A stretch of 64,000 nt of DNA. It comes from Octopus vulgaris (lineage: Eukaryota). Below, piece after piece: positions 15,815 through 31,279 of the stretch. Both the position numbers and the translations under genes were made by a program. The stretch is from contig OX597823.1 of NCBI GenBank assembly GCA_951406725.2, forward strand, positions 7,564,001 to 7,628,000, written 5' to 3'. Numbering within the stretch: position 1 is the stretch's first letter; each line of letters begins with the position of its first letter. Below the pieces are notes generated by a model. The model did not search any database and was not told where the DNA came from. It saw only the letters and a program-made list of their open reading frames with translations.

Positions 15815-16037
15815 TCTCTTTTACTCTTTACTCTTTTACTTGTTTCAGTCATTCGACTGTGGCCATGCTGGAGCACCGCCTTTAGTCGAGCAAATCGACC
15901 CCGGGACTTATTCTTTGTAAGCCCAGTACTTATTCTATCGGTCTCTTTTGCCGAACCGCTAAGTGACGGGGACGTAAACACACCAGCATCGGTTGTCAAG
16001 CAATGCTAGATGGACAAACACAGACACACAAACACAT

Positions 16038-16085
<48 letters not shown>

Positions 16086-16247
16086 GACAGGCTTCTTTCA
16101 GTTTCCGTCTACCAAATCCACTCCCAAGGCATTGGTCGGCCCGGGGCTATAGCAGAAGACATTTGCCCAAGATGCCACGCAGTGGGACTGAACCCGGAAC
16201 CATGTGGTTGGTTAGCAAGCTACTTACCACACAGCCACTCCTACGCC
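15815..16247 (-). mobile_element. SINE family A, full copy
   Basis: Complete reverse-complement copy with (AAAAGAGT)n tail. Confidence 0.92.
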
Positions 16248-16273
16248 TATATACTCCTACGTATATAATACAG

Positions 16274-16314
<41 letters not shown>

Positions 16315-16436
16315 CAGACATATATCTATATCTAGTATATATACATATATACAGACATATATCTATATATAGTATATATATATACAGACATATATATACA
16401 CAGACATATATCTATATATACAGACATATATATATG

Positions 16437-16470
<34 letters not shown>

Positions 16471-16774
16471 GACATGTTTCTGAAAAAGACTGAGAGTCTC
16501 AGGAACTTTAAACACACCTCATGAAACACGTGTAGTAGAAGAGAAATTTGGAACTGAAATAATAAAAATAAAATTCTATGATATAGTGTGATGTATATTA
16601 GGATTTGATGTTTTGCATGGGGACTTCTATCTCTAAATGACATATATTTCCTTATACAGACACACACACGCACGTATATATATATATATATATATATACA
16701 TATATATACACATATATATTTATACATATATATACACACATATATATGTATATATATACATACATATATACATA

Positions 16775-16807
<33 letters not shown>

Positions 16808-17107
16808 GTATACATATATACATATACATACATATATACATACACATATTTACATATATATATATATATTTATACATATATATATATATATTTACACATA
16901 TATATATATACACATACATATATATATATATACACATACATATATATATATATACACATGCACATGTATACATATATATATATACACATACATATGTATA
17001 CATATATATATATACACATACATATGTATACATACATATATATATATACACATACATATGTATACATATATATATATATACACATACATATGTATATATA
17101 TATATAC

Positions 17108-17150
<43 letters not shown>

Positions 17151-17177
17151 TATATATATATATATACACACATATAC

Positions 17178-17210
<33 letters not shown>

Positions 17211-17229
17211 TATATATATATATATATAT

Positions 17230-17322
<93 letters not shown>

Positions 17323-17682
17323 GGAGTGAAGCCCGGTTTATCCATCAGAAGAATTATAGGGGTATTGCTCATACTATGCTATCATTGATGTTTATTACTA
17401 CTGGATGGCATTAACCAGAAAAAACCTGGAATACACATAAGAATTACGCTATCAATTTGGATAATTTATCACTATATACATTATATAACCTATACTTTAA
17501 CCAAATATAAACTATATGCATCATATATATACGTATGTGTATCATCGACTCAAATCTGTCCGTCCAGGCTAGCATGGTTTGGGCGTAATTGACCAATGCT
17601 AGGGAGCAGCACTACCTTCTAGTCTCATGTTGTGTGGTTTCTATGGATGCATGACATTCCTAATGCCAAACGATGTCTATAT

Positions 17683-18078
17683 TCTTTTACTCTTTTACTT
17701 GTTTCAGTCATTTGACTGCGGCCATGCTGGAGCACCGCCTTTTAGTCGAGCAAATCGACCCCAGGACTTATTCTTTTGTAAGCCCAGTACTTATTCTATC
17801 GGTCTCTTTTGCTGAACCGCTAAGTGACGGGGACGTAAACACACCAGCATCGGTTGTCAAGCAATGCTAGGGGGACAAACACAGACACACAAACACATGC
17901 ATGCATATATATATGTACATATATACGACGGGCTTCTTTCAGTTTCCGTCTACCAAATCCACTCACGAGGCTTTGGTCAGCTCGAGGCTATAGTAGAAGA
18001 CACCTGCCCAAGGTGCCACGCAGTGGGACTGAACCCGGAATCATGTGGTTGGTAAACAAGCTACTTACCACACAGCCA
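17683..18078 (-). mobile_element. SINE family A, full copy
   Basis: Near-identical to 15815-16247. Confidence 0.92.
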
Positions 18079-18281
18079 AAATAAAATATTTATGGATATC
18101 TATGCACATAGGAAAAGAGGTATATATATCTATATGTATTTATATAGAAGTATGTATGTGGAAAGTTATCTATCTCTCCCTCTCTCTATCTAGTTATATA
18201 CAAGCATATATATATATATCGATATATAAGAAGACATCAAAGTGTAAACCTAAATATTTATATATGCACAGAAACACATGC

Positions 18282-18330
<49 letters not shown>

Positions 18331-18478
18331 ACAAACAAGTATCTATACTTATAGATGTATGTATATATATAGATGTATATATTGATATATCTACATATAT
18401 ATATGTATATATAGATACATATGTGCATATATATGCATATACATATATGTATATATAGATATGTATATGTGTGTATAT

Positions 18479-18513
<35 letters not shown>

Positions 18514-19276
18514 TATATATCAAATTGGTGTACATTTAAATACAAAAGATGCAACCCTTAACACGCCACCTTACATGCTAGAAGGAGCATTCATTTATAT
18601 ACACACATATATATATATATATACATGTATATATGCTGACCAGAAATGGGCTTGCGTTGTGAATTTGAAAAATGATAATGATGAGACGAGGGTTATTCTG
18701 TCTCTAAATTATATGTTAATGTTTGGCATAATCACTGATTAGAACTTAACCTAACAAATTATTTTATTTGCTAGTTAAAGTTTGAAACATGGGTCTGGCT
18801 GTAAAAAATCATGGTAAAAGTTTTTACCTTTCATTCGCTTCGAATTGGTCTTAAATGCGGCTTTGGATGTTTTCACTGCTCCTTCTAGCATGTCAGGCAG
18901 CCTGTTAAGGTTTGCCTCTTGTTTTTTTTAAATGTACACTAATTTTATATTGCACATATGTTGTCTATTGACTTTTTATACATGCTAAGCCACTGGTAGG
19001 AAATTTCTAAAATTTTGCTGCCCTATATTATTTTATAGATATATATTAATATAGATATGAATATATAAAGATAGATATATATGTAGATATGAATATATAT
19101 AGATACATATAGACATCAATATATAAACATATGTATATATTTATATATATATATATATGTGGATATATTTATATATATGGATATATATATATATATAGAT
19201 ATACATATATAGATAGATATATATATGTATATATATTGATAGATATATGGATATATATAAATAGATATCTAGATGT

Positions 19277-19330
<54 letters not shown>

Positions 19331-19477
19331 GTAAATGTACATATAGATAGATGTATATATATAGATATGCATGAATATATATATATATATATGTGTATAT
19401 ATCCAGATATGTGTATATACATAGATATGCAAATTTACATATAGATATGTATGGATGTATATGTCTGTGTGTGTGTG

Positions 19478-19525
<48 letters not shown>

Positions 19526-19560
19526 TACATATATGTATATCAATATATATGTGTCTCTAA

Positions 19561-19765
19561 AGCGGCGAGCTGGCAGAATCGTCAGTACGGCGAGCGAAAT
19601 GCTTACCAGTCTTTATGTTCTAAGTTCAAATTCCACAGGGGTCCACTTTCTTATTCATCCTTTCAAGGTCGATAAATTAAGTACCAGTTGCATACTGCGA
19701 TTGATGTAATCGACTGGCCTTCCTACCCCAAAAATTTCTACGCCTTGTTCCTACAGTAGAAAAAC
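19561..19765 (+). mobile_element. SINE family D (Meta-domain-like), diverged
   Basis: gcggcgagctggcagaatcg head and cattcatcctttcaaggtcgataaa-type centre; homologous to 62028-62258. Confidence 0.8.
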
Positions 19766-20968
19766 AAGCATTATTCATATCTTTGTATATTGTATGTCTA
19801 CATATATATGTCTGTATGTATATATGTATATCTCTGTGTATATATGTATATATATATATATATATATATGTATGTAACTTAGAATAGCTTTGAAAGGTTT
19901 TGGCCAGTATTGGCCCAGGCCATGTCTAACTTAATAGCACCACCTGGCGAATTCTTTCAATTAAGGATTTGAGCACCGAGGCCCATTCGAGCAGAGAGTT
20001 ATTGTTTGTAAACAATGTGTATTTGTATCTACATATGTATATGTGTATATATATGTATGCATGTCTGTATATATATGTATGTGTGTATGTATATATGTGT
20101 GTATATATGTATATATAGATCTCTATATTTATATAAGTGTATACATGTATGTATATATATATCTAGATCTATATATATATATATATATATATGTATATAG
20201 ATCTATGTATATATATATATATATATGTGTGTATACGTATGTATATGTATACATATATATATATATATATATGTATACGTGTATATATATCTATATGTAT
20301 ACGTGTATATATATATATGTATATGTATATATCTGTGTATTTACATATATATGTGTATATATATATATGTATGTATATATATATGTATATGTATATATCT
20401 GTGTATTTACATATATATGTATATATATATATATGTATGTATATATGTATGTATATATATATACACATGTATGTACGTATATATGTATGTTTGTATGTAT
20501 ATATATATATATATATGTATGTAGGTATATATGTATGTATGTATATATGTATATACATATATCTATACATATATATATACGTATATATATATATACATAT
20601 ATGTATATCTTGTATGAATATATGTGTATATATACGTGTATATATATATATATATACATATATGTATATCTTGTATGAATATATGTGTATATATATATAT
20701 ATGTATGTGTACGTATATATATATATATGTATATGTATATATAGATATGTATATCTATATCTGTATGTATATATAGATATGTATATCTATATCTGTATGT
20801 ATATATAGATATGTATATCTATATCTGTATGTATATATAGATATGTATATCTATATCTGTATGTATATATAGATATGTATTTATATATATGTATGTATGT
20901 ATATATATATATATGTATATATATCTATATATATGTATGTATATATATCTATATATATGTATGTATAT

Positions 20969-21392
20969 AGGCGCAGGAGTGGCTGTGTGGTAAGTACCTT
21001 GTTTTGCAACCATATGGTTCTGGGTTCAGTCCCACTGCGTGGCAACTTGGGCAAGTGTCTTCTACTATAGCCTCGGGCCGACCAATGCCTTGTGAGTGGA
21101 TTTGGTAGACGGAAACTGAAAGAAGCCCGTCATATATATGTATATATATATATGTGTTTGTCCTCCTAGCATTGCTTGACAACCGATGCTAGTGTGTTTA
21201 TGTCCCCCGTTAGATGGTGTTAAGAAGGGCATTCTGCCATTGAAATTATGCCAGAGCAAACATGGAACCTTGGCAGCTCTTTAGCTGGCCAGCTTTTGTC
21301 AAAAGAATAAGTCCCAGGGTCGAGTTGCTCAATTAAAGGTGATGCTCCAGCATGGCTGCAGTCAAATGACTAAAACAAGTAAAAGAGTAAAG
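20969..21392 (+). mobile_element. SINE family A with an internal family B segment
   Basis: Family A to ~21208, then ~90 bp matching 31130-31220, then the family A tail. Confidence 0.85.
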
Positions 21393-21907
21393 AGAGAGAG
21401 AGTATGTATGTATATATATGTATTTATATATATATGTATGTTTGTATATATACCTATTTATATATACGTATTTATATATATATATGTATATATACGTATA
21501 TTTATATACATATTTATATATATGTATACATACATATACGTATCTTTATATATGTATAACTGTATGTATGTATTTGTATACATATGTATATATATATGCG
21601 TATATGTATATATATATCTATCTCTAGGTGTATATACATACATGTATATATGTGTATATATACGTTTGTGTATCTATATGTATAGGTACGTATGTATTTG
21701 TATTTGTATCTACGTATGTATATGTGTATATATATGTATGCATGTGTGTATGTATGTGTAAATATGTGTATATGTATATATATATATATATGTGTATACA
21801 TGTATGTATGTATATATATATCTAGATCTATGTATATATATATGTATATAGATCTAAGTATATATATATATATGTGTGTGTATACGTATGTATAAGTATA
21901 CATGTTT

Positions 21908-22476
21908 GATTGATTGATTGATTCTAGTTTCAGCTTATGAGCTGTGGCCATGCTGGGGCACCGCCATTTGGTGTTGCTACTTGGTTTCACTTCATGGAGG
22001 CTTTCTAGCAACTGCTATTTGGTGCATGAGAGAGTTCGATGCAGCTGCCCTCATCTGCCCCTCCTGCCGTGAAGTTGGTTCATCTGGGACACCTGACAGG
22101 AAGAGATCCAGCTTCATTTTAAAGACATCTGTATCCACCCCATGCAGGTCTCTCAGGTTCTTCGGGAGGATATTGAAGAGCTGTGGGCCTCGGAAGCCCA
22201 GGCTATCACAGTATCTTGTCCTACATCTTGATGGCAGGTTTGGAGTCCTAGGCACCACGCAGTGGCGCCCAGTTCTGGCATTTGCGTAACTCTCGATGCC
22301 AAAGTTCAGGACACTTCCCTCCAGGATCTTCCAGATGTATATTATGGCATATCTTTCCCGCCTACGCTCCAGGGAATATAATTTTAATCTCTTGAGTCTT
22401 TCCCAGTAGCTTACATTCTGCATAGAGGCTATCTTCTTTGTGTAGCTTCGTTGGATCGCCTCAAGTTCTGTGATCA
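21908..22476 (-). mobile_element. CR1-clade LINE 3' end
   Basis: [13 protein letters not shown]...YWERLKRLKLYSLERRRERYAIIYIWKILEG...FKMKLDLFLSGVPDEP; (ATCA)n tail. Confidence 0.9.
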
Positions 22477-22511
<35 letters not shown>

Positions 22512-24093
22512 CATGTATACATATATATCTATATGTATACATGTATATATATGTATATAAGGATATGTATATATATATGTGTATGTATATATATTTGTAT
22601 GTATATATATATGTATATATATATGTATATATGCATGTATATATGTATATGTATACATATATATTTATGTTTACATATATGTGTGTATATATATTTATAC
22701 GTATATGTGTGTGTGTATATGTATATGTATTCGTATATATATGTATGTATATGTATACGTATAAATATATGTGTATATGTATGTATATATGTCTATGAAT
22801 ATATATATATACCTGTGTGTCTATGTATCTATGTATGTATATATATATATGTATATATATTTGCATATATGTTTACTTATATGTACATATGTATGTATGT
22901 GTATATATATATATATATACACACATACATACATGCATAAATATATGTACATATTCATATTTCTGTGTATATATAGGTATATGTATCTATATATATATGT
23001 ATAGATACATATACCTATACATATATATATAGATACATATATATATATATATATATGTATAGGTATATATATCTATCTATATATGTATAGGTATATGTAT
23101 CTATATATATATATATATGTATAGGTATATGTATCTATATATATATATAATATCGATATATGTATCTATATATATACATATATATATTATAAATATATGT
23201 ATCTATATATTATAGATATATATGTATATATATGTATCTATCCATATAGGTATATATATATATAGGTATATGTATCTATCTATATATGTATATATACATA
23301 TAGGTATATGTATCTATCTATATATATATATATATGTTAAATGATGATGATATAGGTATATGTATCTATCTATCTATCTATCTATATATATATATATATA
23401 TATATATACAGGTACATGTATCTATATGTATACATATAGCTATATGTATATATATAGCTATATGTATATATAGGTATATGTACCTTTATATATGTATATA
23501 TATATAGGTATATGTACCTATATATATATATATATATATATATAGGTACATATACCTATATATATATGTATATATATATATATAGGTATATGTACCTATA
23601 TATATGTATAAATATACATATATAGGTATATGTACCTATATATATGTATATATATACAGGTACATATACCTATATATGTATATATATACATATATAGGTA
23701 TATGTACCTATAGATATGTATATATATACATATATAGGTATATGTACCTATAGATATGTATATATATACATATATAGGTATATGTACCTATATATATGTA
23801 TATATATACATATGTAGGTATATGTACCTATATATATGTATATATATACATATGTAGGTATATGTACCTATATATATGTATATATATACATATGTAGGTA
23901 TATGTACTTATATATATCTATATATATATACATATATAGGTATATGTACCTATATATCTATAGGTATATGTGCCTGTATATATATATTGTTATATAATAT
24001 ATCATCATCGTCGTTTAACGTCCGTTCTCCATGATAGGTATATAATGTATATATATGTACAGACAAGTATATATATATTTATTTTATAGAAGG

Positions 24094-24144
24094 AGCTTCT
24101 ACAGGACTAGAACTGTTTCATTCAAATGAAATCATCAGGAAGCT
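24094..24144 (-). ncRNA. Type I hammerhead ribozyme motif (inverted copy)
   Basis: Exact reverse complement of 24220-24270. Confidence 0.7.
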
Positions 24145-24219
24145 TGCTCATTTATACATTTAGGCAGATTTAATAAAATTTGCCTAAATGTATAAATGCC
24201 AAAACTTATTTTGACAGCA

Positions 24220-24270
24220 AGCTTCCTGATGATTTCATTTGAATGAAACAGTTCTAGTCCTGTAGAAGCT
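24220..24270 (+). ncRNA. Type I hammerhead ribozyme motif, Penelope-like context
   Basis: Stem I AGCTTC/GAAGCT; CTGATGA (24226-24232); stem II TTC-ATTT-GAA; GAAA; stem III CAG/CTG with a CTAG-containing loop; predicted cleavage after GTA (24264). Confidence 0.72.
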
Positions 24271-24375
24271 CCTTCTATAAAATAAATTAATTTACTCTGC
24301 TATGTATTGAGTACCTTATTTACTGTGGTTAACCCCGACTCAACCCGGGACCTACATATATGTATATATATATAG

Positions 24376-24408
<33 letters not shown>

Positions 24409-24409
24409 G

Positions 24410-24464
<55 letters not shown>

Positions 24465-24574
24465 GGCATATATATATATGTACATGTATGTATAGGTATA
24501 TGTATGTATGTATATATATGTATATCTTTATATATGTGTTTGTGTATATGTTTGTATATATGTGTATCCTTAAA

Positions 24575-25700
24575 TCTTTATAACTGATTCAGCCCGAAAG
24601 CTGCGGCTATGCTGGGTCACCGCCATTGAATGAGCTACCCTAGTATGTGAAACCACCTCTGATATGTGGCACTTGGCCAAGAAGGGAGTTCGACGCTGGT
24701 GCCCACATCTGTGTTTCCTGCTGAGAGGTAGGTTCATCTGGAACCCCTGACAAGAGGACATCCAGTTTAGTTTTAAAGAAACCCACATCCACACCATGCA
24801 GGTCACTCAGGCATTTAGGAAGGATATTGAAGAGCTGTAGTTCCCCTGAAACCCAAGCTGTTGCAGTATCTGCTCCTGTATTTTGATGGTGATGTTGGGA
24901 TCTTTGGCACCACACAGTTGCACCCCATTCTGCTGTTGGTGTAACTTTCAATGCTAAAATTCTGGACAAGACCCTCCAGGATTTTTTAGATGTATATTAC
25001 TGCATATCTCTCCTGCCTTCACTCCAGTGAGAAGAGTTTTAATACTTTCAGTCTTTCCCAGTGGCTGATATGTTGCATTGGGACGATCTTCATAGTGCAG
25101 CTGTGTTGCTGTTAAATTTATATTATGTGGTGACTATAGTTGGGAGCAGTAGTCCAAGTGGCTGAGGACGAATGTCTTCCAAAGGACCGTCAGTGTCTCC
25201 TCTCTTGTTCTGAAAGTTCAGTGGATCCATCCAGCTAGCCGTCTGCATTTTAATTACAAAATTGGTAATATGCACTTAGAAAGATGCATCATTACTCATG
25301 TCAGTGCCCAGGTCACGAACTGGTTTTGACTCAGGAATTGCAGCTCTTCCCAGGCCAATGTATCCAGTTTGCATGTCGTTGTCCGCATGTTGTTGTCCGC
25401 AGCCCACCTGTATATTGTATCCAGCTCTCGTTGCTGATGTGCAATATTTCCAGGGTTTTGTATTGTCTGAAAGACTTTTGTGTCATCTGCATAGCTAGCA
25501 AGGGTGACCATCTTAGCAACTGAGGGCATGTCCGATAGGGCCTATATGAACTGCAGTGGCCCCCAGACTGTACCCTGTGGAACACGACTTGTTATTTATG
25601 TTTCCTTGGAGGTTGCTCCATTGGCCAGCACTGCCTGCATTCTACCTTTTAGGAAGTTGTGCAGCCACTCTCCAAGTTTCCCGCCCATGCAAAGATCATG
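24575..25700 (-). mobile_element. CR1-clade LINE RT and C-terminal fragment, decayed
   Basis: ASYADDTK (YADD) motif and QLFNILPKCL...LDVLLSGVPDEP, with frameshifts. Confidence 0.9.
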
Positions 25701-25937
25701 TATGTATATATATATACATATGTATATATATATGTGTGTATATATTACATATATATATATATACATACATATGTATATATATGTATATGGATGTATATAT
25801 GTATATGGATGTATATATGTGTATATGTATATATATATGTATCTATGTATATATTAGTAGATATATATATGAGTATATGTATATATATGTACATTTATGT
25901 ATATTTATATATATATGTATATATATATATATGTATA

Positions 25938-25981
<44 letters not shown>

Positions 25982-26253
25982 TATACATATATGTATAAAT
26001 ATATATGTATATATATGTGTATATATGTATGTGTATATATATATGTGTGTGTGAGTATATGTATGTATATATGTGTGTGTATATATATTTATGTATATAT
26101 ATATATGTATATACATACATCTATATATGTATACATGTATATGGATATACGTGTATTTATGTATATGGATGTATATATGTGTATATAAATATCTAGATAT
26201 ATGTATATGTATGTATATTTATATGTATGTATATATTTATATATGTATGTGTA

Positions 26254-26290
<37 letters not shown>

Positions 26291-28033
26291 TTATATGTAT
26301 GTATATATATATATGTGTGTGTGTGTATATATATGTATGGGTATATATGTATACGTCTGTATATGTGTATGCATATATATGTGTATATATATATGTGTAT
26401 ATGTATATATGTATATATATATATATATGTATGCATAAATATGTATATGTGTATGTATGTATATATATATATATATATGGGTATGTGTATGTATACATAT
26501 ATATATATATATATATATAGGTATATGTGTATGTATGCATTTATATATACATCTGTGTATCTATGCATATATCTATATACATATATGTGCATCTCTGCAT
26601 ATTTATGTATACGTATGCATATATATATTTGTATATGTATGTATATGTATATGTATGCATAAATATATATATATATGTATGCATATATATATGTGTGTTG
26701 TACATGTATGCATGTATATATGTGTATATGTATGTATTTATGTATATATATGTATATGTGTGCCTATATGTATGTATGTATTTATATATGTATATGTAAG
26801 TATTCATATATATGTATGCATAAGTATATATGTATATGTATGCATATGTATATATGTATGTATATATGTCCATATATATGTATTTTTTTAATATATGTAT
26901 GTATGGTTATATGTGTCTATGTGTATGTATATATATGTATATATGTAAATATATGTATGTCTATATGTATTACATATGTATTTAGATATTTGTACCTGTA
27001 TGTATAAATATATATATATATGTTTATAGGTATATATTGCAATATATACATATATATCTGTATATGTGTATATATATATATGTATGTATGCATATATTTA
27101 TATTTGTGTTTACATATATCTATATGTGTGTATGTATATATGTATGTATATATGTATATATAAATATGGATATATTTATGTATACATGTATATGTGTATG
27201 TATGCATATGTATATGTGTATGTATGCATATGTATATGCGTATCTATGCATGTGTATATGTTTTTTATGCGTATGTATGCATGTGTATATACATATGCGT
27301 ATGTATGCATGTGTATATATATATATATGCGTATATATGCATATGTATATGCGTCTGTATGTATATGGATATGCATATGTATGCCTATATAAATGGATAT
27401 GCGTATGTATGCATATGCAAATGTATATGGATATGCGTATGTATATGTATATAGATATGTGTATATATGTGTGCATATATATATGGATATGTGTATATAT
27501 ATGCATATATGTGTATGTGTGAGTATATATATACACATAAGTATATGTGTGTGTGTGTATGTTTATATATGCATAAATGTGTGTATATGTATATATACAT
27601 ATGTGTGTGTATGTGTATGTATGCATATATATATATAGATATGTATATGTATGCATTTATATATATATATATATATATCTATATATATATATATTTATAC
27701 ATATGTATATATATGCATCCATATATATGCATTCATGTATATGTATGCCTATGTACATATTTTTGTATGTATGTATATATATATATATATAGATATATTC
27801 GTATATATGTGTGTGTATACGTATGCGTATATATATGTATATACATGCATATATATGTATATGTTTGCATGTAGATATATATGTATGCATATATATATGT
27901 ACATGTATGCATATATTTACGTATGTCTATGCATATATATATGTAAGTGTATGCATATATATCTATCTGTATGCATGTATATGTATGCATATGTTTATAT
28001 ATATTTATATATGTATGTATGGTTATATGTATC

Positions 28034-28066
<33 letters not shown>

Positions 28067-28075
28067 GTGAGTATG

Positions 28076-28126
<51 letters not shown>

Positions 28127-28779
28127 ATGTATGTATATATATAAATTATGTATTTGTATATATATTTATATATTTGTACCTAAATGTATAAATATATACA
28201 TATATATATACGTACATATTTCTATATATGTATATACATATATATTTACATACATGTATACATATGTTTATATATACATGTGTATATCTATGGACCTCTG
28301 TATACATATGTGTATTCATATATATATATATGCATGCATATTATATATATATATGTACATACACATACATGTGTATGTATGTATTTATATACATATATAT
28401 ATATATATATATACATATATATTTATATACTTGGTGCTATTAAGTTAGACATGGCCTGGGCCAATAATGGCCGAAACCTATCAAAGTATATGCGTATGTA
28501 TATATGTATGTATATGCATATGTATATATGTATATATATGCCTATGTATATAAATATATATATAAATGTATAGAAGTATATATATATGTATAGAAATATA
28601 TGTATATATGTATATATACGCATATGTATATAAATATATATATAAATGTATAGAAATATATATGTATAAGTATACATATATATATATAAATGCATAGAAA
28701 TATATATGTATATAAATATATATATAAATGCATAGAAATATATATGTATGTGTATATAAATATATATATAAATGTATAG

Positions 28780-28833
<54 letters not shown>

Positions 28834-29012
28834 GTATATAAATATATATGTATGTATATATATAAATGTATAGAAATATATGTTTATGTGGATATATATA
28901 TATATTTCTATCTATACATAATTGTATATATATATAAATATATATGTATGTGTATATATAAATGTATATAAATATGTTTACGTATATATATTATATATAT
29001 ATATATATACAC

Positions 29013-29077
<65 letters not shown>

Positions 29078-29124
29078 TGTATGTCTCTCTCTATATACAT
29101 ATATTTCTATATCGATATACATTT

Positions 29125-30468
29125 ATACGCCCTGATTTTGACTCAAGAATCGCAATTCTTCCTGGGCCAGTGTATCCAGTCTGCATGTCATTAACCACTG
29201 TGTGCCGGTAGCGCAGGGCTTGGAACTTCCCAGTATTTAACTGCATGTTATTCTCCTCCACCCACCTGCATTTTGTATCTGACTCCCATTGCAGATGTGC
29301 AATATTTCCAGGTTTTTGTATTGTCTGAGAGACTTTTGTGTCATCTGCATAGCTAGCAACGTTGGCCATCTTCGCAACTGAGGGCTTGTCTGAAAGGGCC
29401 ACTATGATCAGCAGTGGACCTAGACAGTGCTCCCTGGAACACGATTTGTTATTTGTGTTTTCTTGGAGGTTGCTCCATTGGCCACCACTGCCTGCATTCT
29501 ATCTTTTAGGAAGTTGTGCAGCCACTCTCTAATTTTTTCCGCCTATGCCGAGATCACGTAATTTGTGACAGATCAATCCATGGTCCACTTTATCAAAGGC
29601 TTTTGCAAAGTTCAGATATATAACATCCACACTTGAGCCATTTAGTAGCTGTTTTAACACCCATTCATAGTGTTGCAGGAGCTGTTTTAGCTTCTACCTG
29701 GTTGAAATCCATGCTGGGTGTCATTCAGCAACGCATTTTCTTCAAGGAACATGATTAGTTTCTTGCGGACTATTTGTTCCATGACTTTGCTGATGTGTGA
29801 TGTCAGAGAGATAGGCCTATAATTTTTAGCATCTGCTCTGCTTCTTCCCTTATGGATACGGCATATTTTCCCTTCTTTCAATTTGACTGGGATCTTACCA
29901 CTTGCAAGAAAGCTCTGGAAAAGAAGCTGTAACGATTTTGCAAGTGCTTGTTTGCAGCATTTGAGAAGGATCGCTGGAATTCCATCAGGTCCAGCAGCTG
30001 AGTTTGTGTTAATCTCATCTATGGCCAGTGTGATATCATCATCTTCAATGTTGATGTACTCAATTTTTGCCTCTTTGGCTACAGGTAAAGTGGCAAAGGA
30101 TTCTTCTGGTTTGTTTACTTGCCTGTGTCCTAGAGGTGTAGTGAACACACTTTGGAACTGTTCATTCAGTATTTCACTTATCCTCATGGGATTTCCTGTG
30201 AGAGAACCGTCTTTTTGGAAGAGAGGTCCTATCCTCTGGCACACTGCGGCCATCTCTTTGGCAAACTTTAAGAAGGCTTTAGGGTTTGACTTGATATTTT
30301 CTATAACCCAAGCTTCTGTATCTGCTCTCTCCTTTTCACGAGACTGATGCAGACTTTTCTCAATTTCCATTAGCATTCTCTCGAGGCAAGATTTCTCACC
30401 ACTTTTGGTGTGCTTGCTCAGGCGGTTCACAATCCTTGTCCGTCATCTCACGAGAATCTTCCTTTCTC
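29125..30468 (-). mobile_element. CR1-clade LINE ORF2 (RT) fragment
   Basis: AAGPDGIP, NYRPISLTSHISKVME, QHGFQPGRS and ASYADDTK motifs. Confidence 0.95.
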
Positions 30469-30723
30469 TGTGTTCTTGAGCAAGACACTTTATTTCATGT
30501 TGCTCCAGTTCACTCAGCTGTAGAAATGAGTTGCAATATCACAGGTGCCGAGTTATATCTGCTGTTGCCTTTCCCTTGGATAACATCGGTGGTGTGGAGA
30601 GGGGAGGCCGGCATGCATGGGTGACTGCTGGTCTTCCATAAACTACCTTGCCCGGACTTGTACCTGGGAGGGTAACTTTCTAGGTACAATCCCATGGTCA
30701 GTGTCGTGACCAAAGGGGGTCTC
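30469..30723 (+). mobile_element. 5'-truncated SINE sharing its centre with 43082-43380
   Basis: tgtgttcttgagcaagacactttatttca...gttgctccagt...cactcagctg followed by a different tail. Confidence 0.75.
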
Positions 30724-30789
30724 AGAATCTATGTATTTATATATATGAATACTTAAATGTGTGTGCACGTGTAAAAACACTGGTGATGG

Positions 30790-31275
30790 TATCACGTAAA
30801 AAGCACTGGAGCTGGGGCTGTGTAAAACGCTCCTGGTACACTCTGTAAAGTGATTGGTGTTAGGAAGGCCATCCAGTTGTAGAAACCAAGCCATAACAGA
30901 CTATGGAACCTGTCAAGATGTCCGACTCCTGCCAGCATGGGAAACAGACATTACATGATGATGCACATGTGTGTGTGTGTGTGTGTGTATGTGTGAATAT
31001 TTTACATGCTTACATGTCAATGAGCCTAATCCAGGCTCTTGGTTGCTGGTGTCACATAAAAAGTACCGGTGCCATGTCAATGCACCCATGTGGGTGTTTC
31101 ACAAAAACACCTAATACACCCGGTGAAGTAGATGGTGTTAGGAAGGGCATTCTGCCATTGAAATCATGCCAGAGCAAACATGGAACCTTGGCAGCTCTTT
31201 GGCTGGCCAGCTTTTGTCAAACCGTCCAACCCATGCCAGCATGGAAAACAGACATTAAATGATGATAATGATGAT
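30790..31275 (+). mobile_element. Two decayed family B copies
   Basis: gttaggaagg...ccagcatgg...gacatta..(GAT)n occurs twice. Confidence 0.7.
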
Positions 31276-31279
31276 ATTC

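Larger units (their letters stand above)
16250..29120. repeat. Extended (TA)/(TG)/(CA) arrays separating SINE and LINE islands
   Basis: Multi-kb alternating purine-pyrimidine tracts, including ~40-bp near-palindromic units at 23400-23960. Confidence 0.95.

Noticed and set aside
292-29194. Numerous long YIYI/MYVC-type ORFs
   Set aside because: Alternating purine-pyrimidine repeats lack stop codons; these are translation artefacts.
29687-30430. 247-aa ORF as a host gene or active element
   Set aside because: It is a truncated LINE RT fragment with stops and frameshifts downstream.
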